NCBI GenBank assembly: GCA_037481815.1
Contig: JBBFKX010000002.1
Coordinates: 128,001 to 192,000 of the forward strand
Source: a candidate division WOR-3 bacterium
Lineage (GTDB): Bacteria > Hydrothermota > 32-111
DNA: 64,000 nt
Direction of reading: 5' to 3'
This document shows positions 1 through 9,272 of the stretch, in pieces. Within the stretch, counting starts at the first letter, position 1. The number at the start of each line of letters is the position of its first letter. A program made the position numbers and the translations under genes. Under the pieces are notes generated by a model that was not told the origin of the DNA, did no database searches, and saw only the letters and a program-made list of their open reading frames with translations.

Positions 1-271
1 CAACTGGAAAAGAATCGATCGGTGCAGTTGCTGAGTTGTTGAAAAGGTATGCAAGAAAAGAATATGATATGAGGTTGTTTGTCAGACCTGTGTTCAACCT
101 TAAAAGTTCCCATGAATACCAGGGAGTATCGGTTCTTCCTAAAAATGAAGGGTTGTAGAAAAGAGATGTATATCCTGTGTTCAAAGGTGAATTCATATAC
201 CTGTAGTCATAATCAGCAAAAATGTATGTTACCGACAAAAGTATGATGAAAATTAAAAATAGTTTCTTCAT
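1..271 (-). CDS. Secreted or outer-membrane protein, runs off the window edge (not in ORF track)
   Basis: Hand translation from ATG at 271: MKKLFLIFIILLSVTYIFA-DYDYRYMNSPLNTGYTSLFYNPSFLGR..., open to the window edge. Signal peptide; SLFYNPSFL resembles N-terminal motifs of FadL/PorV/DUF5723-type barrels. Confidence 0.7.
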   Translation of the reverse strand, partial: MKKLFLIFIILLSVTYIFADYDYRYMNSPLNTGYTSLFYNPSFLGRTDTPWYSWELLRLNTGLTNNLISYSFLAYLFNNSATAPIDSFPV

Positions 272-272
272 T

Positions 273-1331
273 TTATTCTCCATCGTTTGGCAGGAAGTAT
301 GGATCAAAATCCATATTCATCTGTAAAGCACCTTTAACCCTTATAAAATCTGCAGGAGTAACAAAAACATCGATATCTGTTGGTGCCGGGATTTCAAATC
401 TCCCTTTGAATTTGAATGTCGAATATCTGAACAAACTATCAAGTTCATGTGTTATATCGATGTTAAGATTACTGTAAACACCAGTGCCAGTTGCTCTTCC
501 AATGCTGTCTTTTGGTGTTTGAGAAAGCAAAAATGTATCTGAAAAAACAATGTTTCCAACCGAATCGTATAACAAAAGAATAAAATTTGAACTTATCGGC
601 AATCTATTCCATATATCAAGGTTCAATCTGACCCAGTTTATCATATTCAAAGGTGATGACTCTGGTGGTGCAAAAGGCAATGTCTGTTCTTTCACAACAG
701 TCATAACTCTATCTCCTGTAAGTTTTGCCTGAAATGCGATCATTGAATATGCTTCAAGAGAATCAACAAAAGTTTGTCCTGAATCTATCTGAACTTCTAT
801 CTCATGATAATAATCACCTATCGGGAAATCATCCACTGAATAGGTATACAAAGTATCAAGAAAACTGCTCTGGTTGAAAAATACCTCAACTGTATCAAGA
901 TATATGAGTCGTCCACTAGAATACATTCTGTGTATAACCCTTCCACCTGTTGTAAATGGAACTTTTCCCCAGAATCTCACAAAGTTATGGACTTTGTTTA
1001 TCGTTGAAGTGAAATATGTGGAATCCCTTGAAGTATCTATCCATTCCTCAGGCAACAATTCCTCAATATTTATACTAATTTTGATAGTATCGCTTTTACC
1101 GTTTAGATGTGCCGCATTGATCCATTTCTCTCTCTGGGTATATCCAAAAACAGTATCTCCTTTTACAGATATTCTTTCTGGGTGGTCAAGAGCAACCTCA
1201 AGAACCGTCATCAAAGTATCGCCAATAGGAAGAGAGTAAGTTAAATTTTCAACAACTGGCGGCTTTTTGGGAAGTGGAATTGAACAGGAAATAAAAAGAA
1301 GTATTAAAAAACAAAAGAATATTTTTTTCAT
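273..1331 (-). CDS. Hypothetical lipoprotein
   Basis: GGAGG RBS before MKKIFFCFLILLFISC (lipobox); beta-rich mature part. Start trimmed from 1382. Confidence 0.75.
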   Translation of the reverse strand: MKKIFFCFLILLFISCSIPLPKKPPVVENLTYSLPIGDTLMTVLEVALDHPERISVKGDTVFGYTQREKWINAAHLNGKSDTIKISINIEELLPEEWIDTSRDSTYFTSTINKVHNFVRFWGKVPFTTGGRVIHRMYSSGRLIYLDTVEVFFNQSSFLDTLYTYSVDDFPIGDYYHEIEVQIDSGQTFVDSLEAYSMIAFQAKLTGDRVMTVVKEQTLPFAPPESSPLNMINWVRLNLDIWNRLPISSNFILLLYDSVGNIVFSDTFLLSQTPKDSIGRATGTGVYSNLNIDITHELDSLFRYSTFKFKGRFEIPAPTDIDVFVTPADFIRVKGALQMNMDFDPYFLPNDGE

Positions 1332-1353
1332 TTTACCTCCATATATTTTAATT

Positions 1354-1382
1354 ATTTTATTCTCTTTTATAAAATCAGTCAA
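1354..1382 (-). promoter_or_regulatory. Sigma70-type promoter for the lipoprotein gene
   Basis: TTGACT-17 nt-TAAAAT. Confidence 0.55.
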
Positions 1383-1391
1383 TAAAAAGAA

Positions 1392-2201
1392 TCAATCCCT
1401 TCTTTCAAATAAAACAACTGTATAATCTATTATGAAATTTAAAAGTTTGAAGACCAGATAGAAAGAAAATGAAAATGTAACAATTTCAAAGAAAGAGAAA
1501 GGATAAAAAAGTGTGACTTTCCTTAAAAGTATGCCTGAAAATGAACAGATAAGAAAAGATATTAAAATATCATAGTAAAGATATTCTGCACCCTTTTTTA
1601 TCGAATAGATTATCCTTGGAATTATCATAAAAGGTAAACATAGAAAAAAATATCCATGCATATATGAGAATATAAAAAGAAAGATCTTTTCAATCTCTTC
1701 AATATAGTAATAATATTTGTCTTTTACAATTTTAATTCTCAAAATTTCATAAAAACTTCTGATAAGATATTTCAAAAAATAAAGGATGAAAATAAGACCG
1801 ATCAAAAGATAAATTACTTTAAAAACAAAATCGTTTCTATACTTTTGGAGAATAAAAAAATTAGACAGTGTTGAAAAAAGCAATATAACAAAAAAATGGA
1901 ACAACTGATCGAGGATAAAATTTATTCCATTATCAAAGTTATTTTTACTTTTCAAAAGGTCAATAAAAAAATGTGAAAACAACGTGAGAAAAGAAAATAG
2001 TGCAGAAAAAAATAAATTTTTTGAAAACAAAAAAAGTGAAACAAAGGTTGGTAAAAATACAAAAAAAGAGTGTAAAAATAAACCTTTGTTACTCTTCAAT
2101 TTAAGACGGAATATTTGATCAGTTTGAAAAATAAAGTCACCTAAAAGGTGACTGATTAACAGAATTATAATTATATCAACATCAGGAATAAAACTATTCA
2201 T
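1392..2201 (-). CDS. DUF3307-like integral membrane protein
   Basis: SHLLGDFIFQT, LFLHS, SHFFIDLLK, ILDQLFH His/Asp motifs; multiple TM helices. Confidence 0.75.
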   Translation of the reverse strand: MNSFIPDVDIIIILLISHLLGDFIFQTDQIFRLKLKSNKGLFLHSFFVFLPTFVSLFLFSKNLFFSALFSFLTLFSHFFIDLLKSKNNFDNGINFILDQLFHFFVILLFSTLSNFFILQKYRNDFVFKVIYLLIGLIFILYFLKYLIRSFYEILRIKIVKDKYYYYIEEIEKIFLFIFSYMHGYFFLCLPFMIIPRIIYSIKKGAEYLYYDILISFLICSFSGILLRKVTLFYPFSFFEIVTFSFSFYLVFKLLNFIIDYTVVLFERRD

Positions 2202-2640
2202 CCTTTACAACCGAAAGGTTCAATACTCCTATAACCTCCGGATGTAATTTGATGTTCACAGTATAATCACCCAACTTCTTTATCGGTTCATCAAGCAAAA
2301 CAGCATGTTCATCTATTTTGATCCCTTTTGCTTCCAATTCTTCAGAGATCAATTTTCTGGAAACCGAACCATAGAGTGTATCATCATCGTGAACCTTCTG
2401 TTTTATGGTTAAAGTTATCGATGAAAGTTTTTCTTTCGCTTGAAGTGCTATCTCTTTATTTTTCAATTCTTTCTGTTCATATTTTATCTTTTCCTGTTGA
2501 AACCTTTTCAGATTGTTTTCAGAATACTCATAAGCGAGTTTGTTTGGGATCAAATAGTTTCTTGCAAAACCATCTTTGACATTTACAACATCACCTCGTT
2601 TACCAAGATTTTCAACATTTTCTCTTAAAATTACTTTCAT
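2194..2640 (-). CDS. rplI: 50S ribosomal protein L9
   Basis: MKVILRENVENLGKRGDVVNVKDGFARNYLIP; LYGSV. Confidence 0.98.
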   Translation of the reverse strand: MKVILRENVENLGKRGDVVNVKDGFARNYLIPNKLAYEYSENNLKRFQQEKIKYEQKELKNKEIALQAKEKLSSITLTIKQKVHDDDTLYGSVSRKLISEELEAKGIKIDEHAVLLDEPIKKLGDYTVNIKLHPEVIGVLNLSVVKDE

Positions 2641-2649
2641 AGAGGACTC

Positions 2650-2919
2650 CTATCTCATATTTTCATCAACATATGGAAGAAGTGCCATCTGTCGTGCTGT
2701 TTTTATCGCTCTTGCAACTTCTTTTTGATGTTTTTCGCAAAGTCCGGTCGCTTTTCTTGGCATTATTTTTCCTCTTTCATTTATGAATTTCGATAAGAAC
2801 TGAATATTTTTATAATCTATTTTTTCTTTTCTGGTACAAAGTTTACAAACCTTTACCTTTTTTGCACCATTTCTCGAATCTGAAGAACCGTTGTTCTCTT
2901 TAGAATGGAATGGACTCAT
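2650..2919 (-). CDS. rpsR: 30S ribosomal protein S18 (Zn-binding type)
   Basis: CKLC...IDYKN...ERGKIMPRKATGLCEKHQ...AIKTARQMALLPY; GGAGG RBS inside the ssb 3' end supports ATG at 2919. Confidence 0.95.
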   Translation of the reverse strand: MSPFHSKENNGSSDSRNGAKKVKVCKLCTRKEKIDYKNIQFLSKFINERGKIMPRKATGLCEKHQKEVARAIKTARQMALLPYVDENMR

Positions 2920-3376
2920 CAGTACCTCCGTTTTCAATTTCTTCGATTTCATTAAAATCTTTTTCCACATCATCTATTATTTTATCATACGAAACATCAC
3001 TAACATCACTTTCAAGATCTGAAACTTCTCTTGATAAAAAGTAGATCTTTGTTGCTCTGATCTGAAACGAAACTTTTTTTTCATGAGTTCTTTTATCCTC
3101 ATAGTTGTTCGCTTCAAGAGATCCTTCAACTATCACAGGTGTTCCAGTTTTCAATCTCTTTTCAAGATTATCTTCAAATCTTGTAAAATATGAAACACTG
3201 ATAAAGAGTGGATTATCTTTCCATTCTCCACTTTTGTCTTTATACCTCCTTGACGAAGCAAGACGAAAACCGATTACACCGGTGTTGTCTGAAGTATACC
3301 TTTTTTCAGCATCCTTTGTGACTCTTCCGGCAATGATAATTCTATTTAGATTCGGAAGGTTTATCTTTTCACCCAT
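2900..3376 (-). CDS. ssb: Single-stranded DNA-binding protein
   Basis: LNRIIIAGRVTKDAE OB fold; acidic tail ending DESIPF; rpsF-ssb-rpsR synteny. Confidence 0.96.
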   Translation of the reverse strand: MGEKINLPNLNRIIIAGRVTKDAEKRYTSDNTGVIGFRLASSRRYKDKSGEWKDNPLFISVSYFTRFEDNLEKRLKTGTPVIVEGSLEANNYEDKRTHEKKVSFQIRATKIYFLSREVSDLESDVSDVSYDKIIDDVEKDFNEIEEIENGGTDESIPF

Positions 3377-3673
3377 TTATACCTTCACTTCATCATTCTT
3401 TTTTATCATGTATCTCCATATCGTTTCATCCAGTTTTATTTCTCTTCTGAGTTCCTCAACTTTCAATGGATCGAGGTTAAAGTTTATTAAAATGAAATGT
3501 CCCTGAGTGGTTTTGTTTATCTCATAGGTGAGTTTTTCAATACCCTTATCCTCTACACTTTCAACTTTACCTGCAAGTTCCTCAACCCATTTTTTAAAAC
3601 TGGAAATCCTTTCTTCAAGAACTTCCTGAGATAATGTAGGATCATAGATGATCAAAATTTCATAGTTAACCAA
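3377..3673 (-). CDS. rpsF: 30S ribosomal protein S6
   Basis: YEILIIYDP...KLTYEINK...GHFIL; TTG start with GGAGG RBS. Confidence 0.96.
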   Translation of the reverse strand: MVNYEILIIYDPTLSQEVLEERISSFKKWVEELAGKVESVEDKGIEKLTYEINKTTQGHFILINFNLDPLKVEELRREIKLDETIWRYMIKKNDEVKV

Positions 3674-3685
3674 AATTTCCTCCTG

Positions 3686-4242
3686 TTATTTTTCTTCTTT
3701 TTTGTTAATTATACTCATAGATCTTTCAAATCCATTTTCAACTATCGTATAAATATGTTCAATTCCTTTTTCTATAACTTTATTGTAATCCTCTTCTTTC
3801 ATTTTCCCTAAAACAAAATCTTTATCCTTTTTTTCTTCGACCTCTCCGATGCCAACTCTCAGTCTTGCAAAATTTTCGGTTCCAAGATGGTAAATTATGG
3901 ATTTTAATCCATTATGACCACCATCCGAACCTGATAACCTCAATCTAAAAGTGAAGAGTGGAATATTAAAATCATCAACGACTATAAGAAGATTGTTTAA
4001 ATCTATCTTATAATAGTTTAAAAACTCCACAACTGCTATTCCACTCTCATTCATATAAGTTGTTGGAACGATCAAAAATAAACCATCTTTCAAAGAACAT
4101 TCAGAAAAAAAAAGTGTCCTTTACCTGTTTTAAATTTCAAGTGCTCTTTTTTAGCAAAACCAATTATAATTTCTTTTCCAATATTATGTCTTGTCTTTTC
4201 ATAAACTTTATCAGGATTTCCAAGACCAACAAACGCAAACAT
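3686..4242 (-). pseudogene. pth: Peptidyl-tRNA hydrolase split by a frameshift (error or recoding)
   Basis: N-terminal part MFAFVGLGNPDKVYEKTRHNIG (ATG 4242) stops at 4090. The C-terminal part (PTTYMNESG, GSDGGHNGLKSI, RLRVGIG) is in another frame. The break falls at a T9 tract (4105-4113). Confidence 0.9.
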
Positions 4243-4251
4243 ACAACCTCA

Positions 4252-4935
4252 TCACTTCTTTTCTTTCTTCTCTTTTTCCTTCTCTTTTCCTTTTTCCTCT
4301 TCCTCTTCTTCATTCTCCTCTTTCTTTTCTCTGATGAGTTCGGGCTCTTTTGCTTCCTCTTCAGGTTTTGGTGTCTCTTCAACATACGCCTTTGGTGCAA
4401 GGATGGTCACAACAACCTCTTCAGGATTCTCAACGATTTCAAACTTTTCAGCTTTAATATCTTTCACATGTATTGAATCCCCTATTGCAAGTTCTGAAAT
4501 ATCAAGTTCAATATGTGATGGGATATCAGCAGGCAAACATTTGATTTCAAGATCCCTTAGAAGGTGCTCAACGATTCCACCCTCTTTAACTCCCTTTGCT
4601 GAACCTTTAAGAATGATGGGTACAGAGAGTTTCAATTTTTCAGATTTGTGAATTATCTGAAAATCGATATGTAAAATCTTGTTCGTCCTTGGACTTCTAA
4701 AAATCTCTTTTATGATAGCGAGAAAATTATCTTTTCCCATCTTAATATTTATAAGAGATTTCTCTCTTCCAATCGTGTGAAACATTTTATTCAACTCAAT
4801 TTCATCCACAGAGAACAACCTGTTCTCCTCTTTGTGTCCATATGCGACACATGGAATTTTATTATTTTTTCTTAACAGGGTAAGAACATGTTTACCCTTT
4901 TCTCTTTTTTCAACAGGTAAATCGTATTGAAGCAT
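4252..4935 (-). CDS. rplY: 50S ribosomal protein L25 / Ctc (long form)
   Basis: IPCVAYGH, ILHIDFQ, GVKEGG, acidic/basic C-terminal tail. Confidence 0.96.
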   Translation of the reverse strand: MLQYDLPVEKREKGKHVLTLLRKNNKIPCVAYGHKEENRLFSVDEIELNKMFHTIGREKSLINIKMGKDNFLAIIKEIFRSPRTNKILHIDFQIIHKSEKLKLSVPIILKGSAKGVKEGGIVEHLLRDLEIKCLPADIPSHIELDISELAIGDSIHVKDIKAEKFEIVENPEEVVVTILAPKAYVEETPKPEEEAKEPELIREKKEENEEEEEEKGKEKEKEKKEKK

Positions 4936-4943
4936 TTATCCTC

Positions 4944-5885
4944 CTAATCAAAAAGTGCACTGATAGATTCTTTATTATAAACTCTTTTTATAGCGTTTGC
5001 AAAAAGTTCTGCCATCGAAAGAACTTCTATCTTTTCAATCTTCTTTTCTTCTGGAATCACAACACTATCTGAAGTGTACAGTTTATCGATTGGCGAATTT
5101 TTAAGTTTCGCAATAGCATCTCCAGAAAGTAGAGGATGTGTCACACATGCTATTATCCTTTTAGCACCATTATACTTCAAAGCTTCCGCTGCTTTTGTGA
5201 TTGTCCCGGCAGTATCGATTATATCATCAACCATCAGAACATCTTTATCCTTAACCTCACCAACAACATGCATCACTTCAGATTGGTTTGGAGAACTTCT
5301 TCTTTTGTCTATAACAGCAATCGGTAGATTGTTCAATTTTTTTGCTATATTCCTGGCTCTGTTAACTCTTCCAGCATCAGGGGAAACCACAACAGTGTTG
5401 TCAAGTTTTTCATTCTTCAAAAGATGTTCGACAAAAACTGGTGCAGAATAAAGATGATCGACTGGAACATTGAAAAAGCCCTGTATCTGTTCAGCATGAA
5501 GTTCAAGAACCATGACTCTTGAAACACCAGCTGCTGTCAGAAGGTTTGCAACGACCCTTGAACTTATTGGAACCCTTGGAGCATCCTTTTTGTCCTGTCT
5601 TGCATATCCATAATACGGGATAACTGCTGTTATCATATCCGCTGATGCTCTTCTTAAAGAGTCGATAATAAAAATCAGTTCAAGAAGATTATCCGCTGGT
5701 GGATTTGTTGATTGAATAACAAATACATGACTTCCCCTCACAGATTCATTTATCTGAACCCTTATCTCACCGTCAGAAAATTTTGTAATAAGAGAATCAA
5801 CAAGTGGAATGTTCAACTTGTTTGATATCTCTTTTGCTATTTTAGCATTCGAATTTCCTGCTATAAGTTTCATAATAAAACTCAC
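4944..5885 (-). CDS. prs: Ribose-phosphate pyrophosphokinase
   Basis: FSDGEI, PYYGYARQDKK, VSPDAGR, VDDIIDTAGT. Confidence 0.98.
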   Translation of the reverse strand: MSFIMKLIAGNSNAKIAKEISNKLNIPLVDSLITKFSDGEIRVQINESVRGSHVFVIQSTNPPADNLLELIFIIDSLRRASADMITAVIPYYGYARQDKKDAPRVPISSRVVANLLTAAGVSRVMVLELHAEQIQGFFNVPVDHLYSAPVFVEHLLKNEKLDNTVVVSPDAGRVNRARNIAKKLNNLPIAVIDKRRSSPNQSEVMHVVGEVKDKDVLMVDDIIDTAGTITKAAEALKYNGAKRIIACVTHPLLSGDAIAKLKNSPIDKLYTSDSVVIPEEKKIEKIEVLSMAELFANAIKRVYNKESISALFD

Positions 5886-5891
5886 ATTTCT

Positions 5892-5964
5892 CTGGGGCGG
5901 TAGGATTCGAACCTACGAATGCGGGAACCAAAATCCCGTGGCTTGCCAGCTTGCCGACACCCCA
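5892..5964 (-). tRNA. tRNA-Gln(UUG)
   Basis: Acceptor stem TGGGGTG/CGCCCCA, anticodon arm CGGGA-TTTTGGT-TCCCG, T-loop GGTTCGAATCC; CCA not encoded. Confidence 0.96.
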
Positions 5965-5996
5965 AAAAGTTCTAACTAAATTTTCTTTTTTAAAGT

Positions 5997-6257
5997 TTAC
6001 TTCTTACTCACTTCCTGCTGATATTTTTCAAGAACGACTTTTTCAATCTTCTGTCTCATCTCATTGTTGATAGGATGGGCTATATCTCTATATGTCCCAT
6101 CTTTAGCCCTTCTTGAAGGCATGGAAATGAAAAGACCTTTTTTCCCATCGATAATCTTTAAACCCCTGATAACAAATGCGTTGTCAAAAGTTACATTTGC
6201 AAATGCTTTCAATTTGGGTTCATCTCTTAATGTGATTCTTACTTCGGTAATTTCCAT
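5997..6257 (-). CDS. spoVG: SpoVG nucleic-acid-binding regulator
   Basis: MEITEVRI...LKAFANVTFD...GLFISMPSRR...YRDIAHPIN. Confidence 0.96.
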   Translation of the reverse strand: MEITEVRITLRDEPKLKAFANVTFDNAFVIRGLKIIDGKKGLFISMPSRRAKDGTYRDIAHPINNEMRQKIEKVVLEKYQQEVSKK

Positions 6258-7168
6258 TCTTCCTCCTGAATTTTTGTTAGTAGTTCTTTTTTTATTCTAT
6301 TTCGAGTTATCGGGGTGGTAAAAAAAATCCTGTTCCCACCGAACTCTTTTTTTAGCGAATCAAAATGTCTTTCGTTTTCAAAGATCGCGAAAATAGATGA
6401 ACCACTTCCACTCATAAGCGAAAGTAGCGGCTCATATTTTGTTATCCTTTCTTTTACATCCTTCAACAAAGGATATTTTTCAAACACAACTCTTTCAAAA
6501 ATGTTATAAAAATATTTGAAAGAACTTTTCAAATTTTTATAATCAATTTTTGAATTTATAATATTATAAGATTTTCCATCATTTGTCAAGTATTTAGATA
6601 GAAGATAGTATGCCTCTTTTGTTGAAACATGTAGATTGGGAGAGATTATAAAAATTTTAAGATTTTCAATTTCTGGTATATCAAAGAATTCGAGTTTTTC
6701 ACCTATACCTCTTCCGATTGCACTCCCTCCTTCAACAAGAAAAGGGCAATCGGCCCCGACTTTTGATGAAAGTTGCCTAAGTTCTTCATTTTGAAATGGA
6801 TAATCATAGTAAAAATTTAAAAAATTCAGGATCGAAGAGCCATCTGCACTTCCACCACCAAGACCGGCACCTGATGGAATCATTTTGTTAACTTTAAAAT
6901 GGAAATCAACCCATTCTCTTTTAGATTTGTTTAAAAAGGCCTCTTTAAAAATTTGATACGATTTGTAAACGGTGTTGTTTTCTGGATCTATCTGGCAATC
7001 ATTGTTAAAAAATTCTATCCCAAAATTTTTACTTTCATAAACTTCGATGCTATCAAAAAGATCTATCGATTGAAAAATCGTGAGAATTTCATGAAAACCA
7101 TCCTCACGCTTGTTCAACACATCAAGAAAAAGGTTTATTTTACAGAAAGATTTTACAAGGTATCTCAT
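6239..7168 (-). CDS. ispE: 4-diphosphocytidyl-2C-methyl-D-erythritol kinase
   Basis: KINLFLDV..KREDGFHEI, PSGAGLGGGSAD, MSGSGSS. Confidence 0.96.
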   Translation of the reverse strand: MRYLVKSFCKINLFLDVLNKREDGFHEILTIFQSIDLFDSIEVYESKNFGIEFFNNDCQIDPENNTVYKSYQIFKEAFLNKSKREWVDFHFKVNKMIPSGAGLGGGSADGSSILNFLNFYYDYPFQNEELRQLSSKVGADCPFLVEGGSAIGRGIGEKLEFFDIPEIENLKIFIISPNLHVSTKEAYYLLSKYLTNDGKSYNIINSKIDYKNLKSSFKYFYNIFERVVFEKYPLLKDVKERITKYEPLLSLMSGSGSSIFAIFENERHFDSLKKEFGGNRIFFTTPITRNRIKKELLTKIQEEEWKLPK

Positions 7169-7896
7169 TTTTTGAAAATGTCAACTACCTCAGAGAATTC
7201 AAAAATTTTATCTGGATCTTTTTCTATCGAGTTTCCGGTTACGATAAAATCTGCTCCATTTTCAAGAATTTCAAGAGCCGTTTTACGATCCTTTATACCC
7301 CCCCCAACAAAAAGAGGTTTTGATAAAATCTTTTTCGCATTTTTAATAAACTTTAACGGAACAGTTTTTTCGGATCCACTTCCCGCTTCAAGGTAAACTA
7401 TTTTGAAATTTGATATCTCGGATAGATAAATATAGTTCAAAAAAGTTTTCATATCTTTTATAAAATTTATAGGTACCCTTTTTGCAACACTTGTTTTCCG
7501 ATCAGCCATACAGAGTATATATGATGTTGGAATGATGTTTAAAGATGATTTATAGAGGTTTTCAGCACCGTTGATATGTTCTCCAATTATATAATCAAGT
7601 TTTTTCGTGTTCAAAAGAAAGAGCAATAAAAGAAAATCTGCATTTTTTGATATCTGATAGTGAGAACCAGGGAAAATGAAAATTGGTTTTTTTGTTTTTT
7701 CTTTTATCGAAAGTATGAATCTATCAAAACCTTTGATCTTCTTATCACTCCCACCGATCAATATTCCATCAACTTTTGCACTGTTTATATTTTTTATGAT
7801 CTTTTCAAAATCTATTTTTTTAGCCGGATCTATTAGAACAAAATATCCTTTTTTGTTTTCCCTGAAAATCTTTTCTATAGGGGAAATCACTTCCAC
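7165..7896 (-). CDS. Geranylgeranylglyceryl phosphate (GGGP) synthase family, group II-like
   Basis: VLIDP, LIGGS, IFPGS..QIS..AD, YLEAGSG, FVGGGI, ADFIVTGN. Confidence 0.88.
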   Translation of the reverse strand: MEVISPIEKIFRENKKGYFVLIDPAKKIDFEKIIKNINSAKVDGILIGGSDKKIKGFDRFILSIKEKTKKPIFIFPGSHYQISKNADFLLLLFLLNTKKLDYIIGEHINGAENLYKSSLNIIPTSYILCMADRKTSVAKRVPINFIKDMKTFLNYIYLSEISNFKIVYLEAGSGSEKTVPLKFIKNAKKILSKPLFVGGGIKDRKTALEILENGADFIVTGNSIEKDPDKIFEFSEVVDIFKK

Positions 7897-9101
7897 AGTA
7901 ACCTCATAATTATTTTCAAAATATATTTATCTTTCATCAAACTGCCCATAAAGTTGATAACCATACCTATCGCTTTAACAGAGGATTTGAAAGAATAAAT
8001 TGTATAATAAAAATCTGACGAAAGGATCTTTTTCCCATTGAAAAGATTTATAGCTGATGTGAAGAACTTATCCCTCTCTTCATCCGACATTTCAAGCAGC
8101 ATCTCTCTTAACTGATTTTGCTTTTTAATAGAGTAACTATTGTCCTTTTCAACGAGTTCCTGATACTGGGACATCCTTTTTGCTGAAAAATCTTTCCCCT
8201 TTAAAACAGAGTTTGCAACTATCGCTGCAAAGTTCGCTGTTCTTAAAGCATTATCTATACCACCCCCCGTTATCGGGTCAGCTGCTCTTGCACTATCACC
8301 TATAACCATAACCCTATCAGAATACATTTTTGCAAGTTGATTTACACTCACACATCCCGGAAATTCTCTTAAAATTTTTGCATCGGGATAATTTTTTTGC
8401 CTGTAATCATTCAAAAGTTTGTAAGGTTTATCACAATCTATCGAAGATGTTATTCCTACTCCAAAATTCGCTTCATTTTTTCCTCTTGGGAAAACCCAGA
8501 GATAACCACCAGGTGCGATAGATGGTGTGAAATCGAAAATTATCTCTTCATCCTTTATCCTGGGATCATATATTATCTGCTGATAGCACGAATAAATATC
8601 GTTAAGATTACAAACAGAGTTTATTCCAACTTTGTATGGTAGATATGACTCTACTCCATCAGCGATTATAAGTATTTTTCCAAAATATTCTTCACCATTT
8701 TCAAGTAATACTTTCACATAATCTTTTTCTATCTTAGCATCAACGACAAAACTATTTGTTTTTATTTCAAAATTGTTCTCTTCTATAACTTTTTGGGCGA
8801 TAAACTTTTCAAACTTAGATCTGTCGATTATAAGCCCCATATCTGGAATATCAACATTCGCTTCAAGTTCTTTATACTTTACTTTCAGTTTCGTGAACCT
8901 GTTTCTTATAAAAGGAAAATCTGTTTCTTTAAAAAACTGTTTTAAAGTGTTGTTCGAAATTCCTTCAGCACAGATTATAGGTTCTCCAATAACATCATCC
9001 TTTTCAAACACTATAACCTTATAATTCTTCTCTATTTTATAAGCAGCATAAAGACCCGCAGGTCCACCACCAACAATGATCACATCATAATTTTTATCCA
9101 T
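7887..9101 (-). CDS. Geranylgeranyl reductase (DGGGPL reductase-like flavoprotein)
   Basis: GGGPAG FAD motif, ICAEG, APGGYLWVFP (PxxYxWxFP), GDSARAADPITGGGI. Confidence 0.88.
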   Translation of the reverse strand: MDKNYDVIIVGGGPAGLYAAYKIEKNYKVIVFEKDDVIGEPIICAEGISNNTLKQFFKETDFPFIRNRFTKLKVKYKELEANVDIPDMGLIIDRSKFEKFIAQKVIEENNFEIKTNSFVVDAKIEKDYVKVLLENGEEYFGKILIIADGVESYLPYKVGINSVCNLNDIYSCYQQIIYDPRIKDEEIIFDFTPSIAPGGYLWVFPRGKNEANFGVGITSSIDCDKPYKLLNDYRQKNYPDAKILREFPGCVSVNQLAKMYSDRVMVIGDSARAADPITGGGIDNALRTANFAAIVANSVLKGKDFSAKRMSQYQELVEKDNSYSIKKQNQLREMLLEMSDEERDKFFTSAINLFNGKKILSSDFYYTIYSFKSSVKAIGMVINFMGSLMKDKYILKIIMRLLWK

Positions 9102-9270
9102 TTTTACTCAACGCTCCTACTGGACAGACTTTTATACATTTATCACACTTAACACAACCTTCATTTATCTGTAACCTATCCTTATACATCACAATAACCT
9201 TAACTGGACAGACAGCAACACAACCACCACAAAGTCCACATTTCTCTTTTTCGACTTTTATATATTCCAT
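9094..9270 (-). CDS. 2x[4Fe-4S] ferredoxin, 58 aa (not in ORF track)
   Basis: Hand translation MEYIKVEKEKCGLCGGCVAVCPVKVIVMYKDRLQINEGCVKCDKCIKVCPVGALSKNG; two CxxCxxCxxxCP motifs; GGAG RBS; overlaps the reductase start. Confidence 0.93.
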   Translation of the reverse strand: MEYIKVEKEKCGLCGGCVAVCPVKVIVMYKDRLQINEGCVKCDKCIKVCPVGALSKNG

Positions 9271-9272
9271 AT

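Noticed and set aside
4164..4400. 78-aa Arg/Lys-rich ORF that looks protamine-like
   Set aside because: Alternative frame of the GAA/AAA-rich rplY tail and the pth start; a compositional artefact.
5997..6257. spoVG as evidence of sporulation
   Set aside because: SpoVG beside ispE and prs is common in non-sporulating bacteria; no other spo genes are present.
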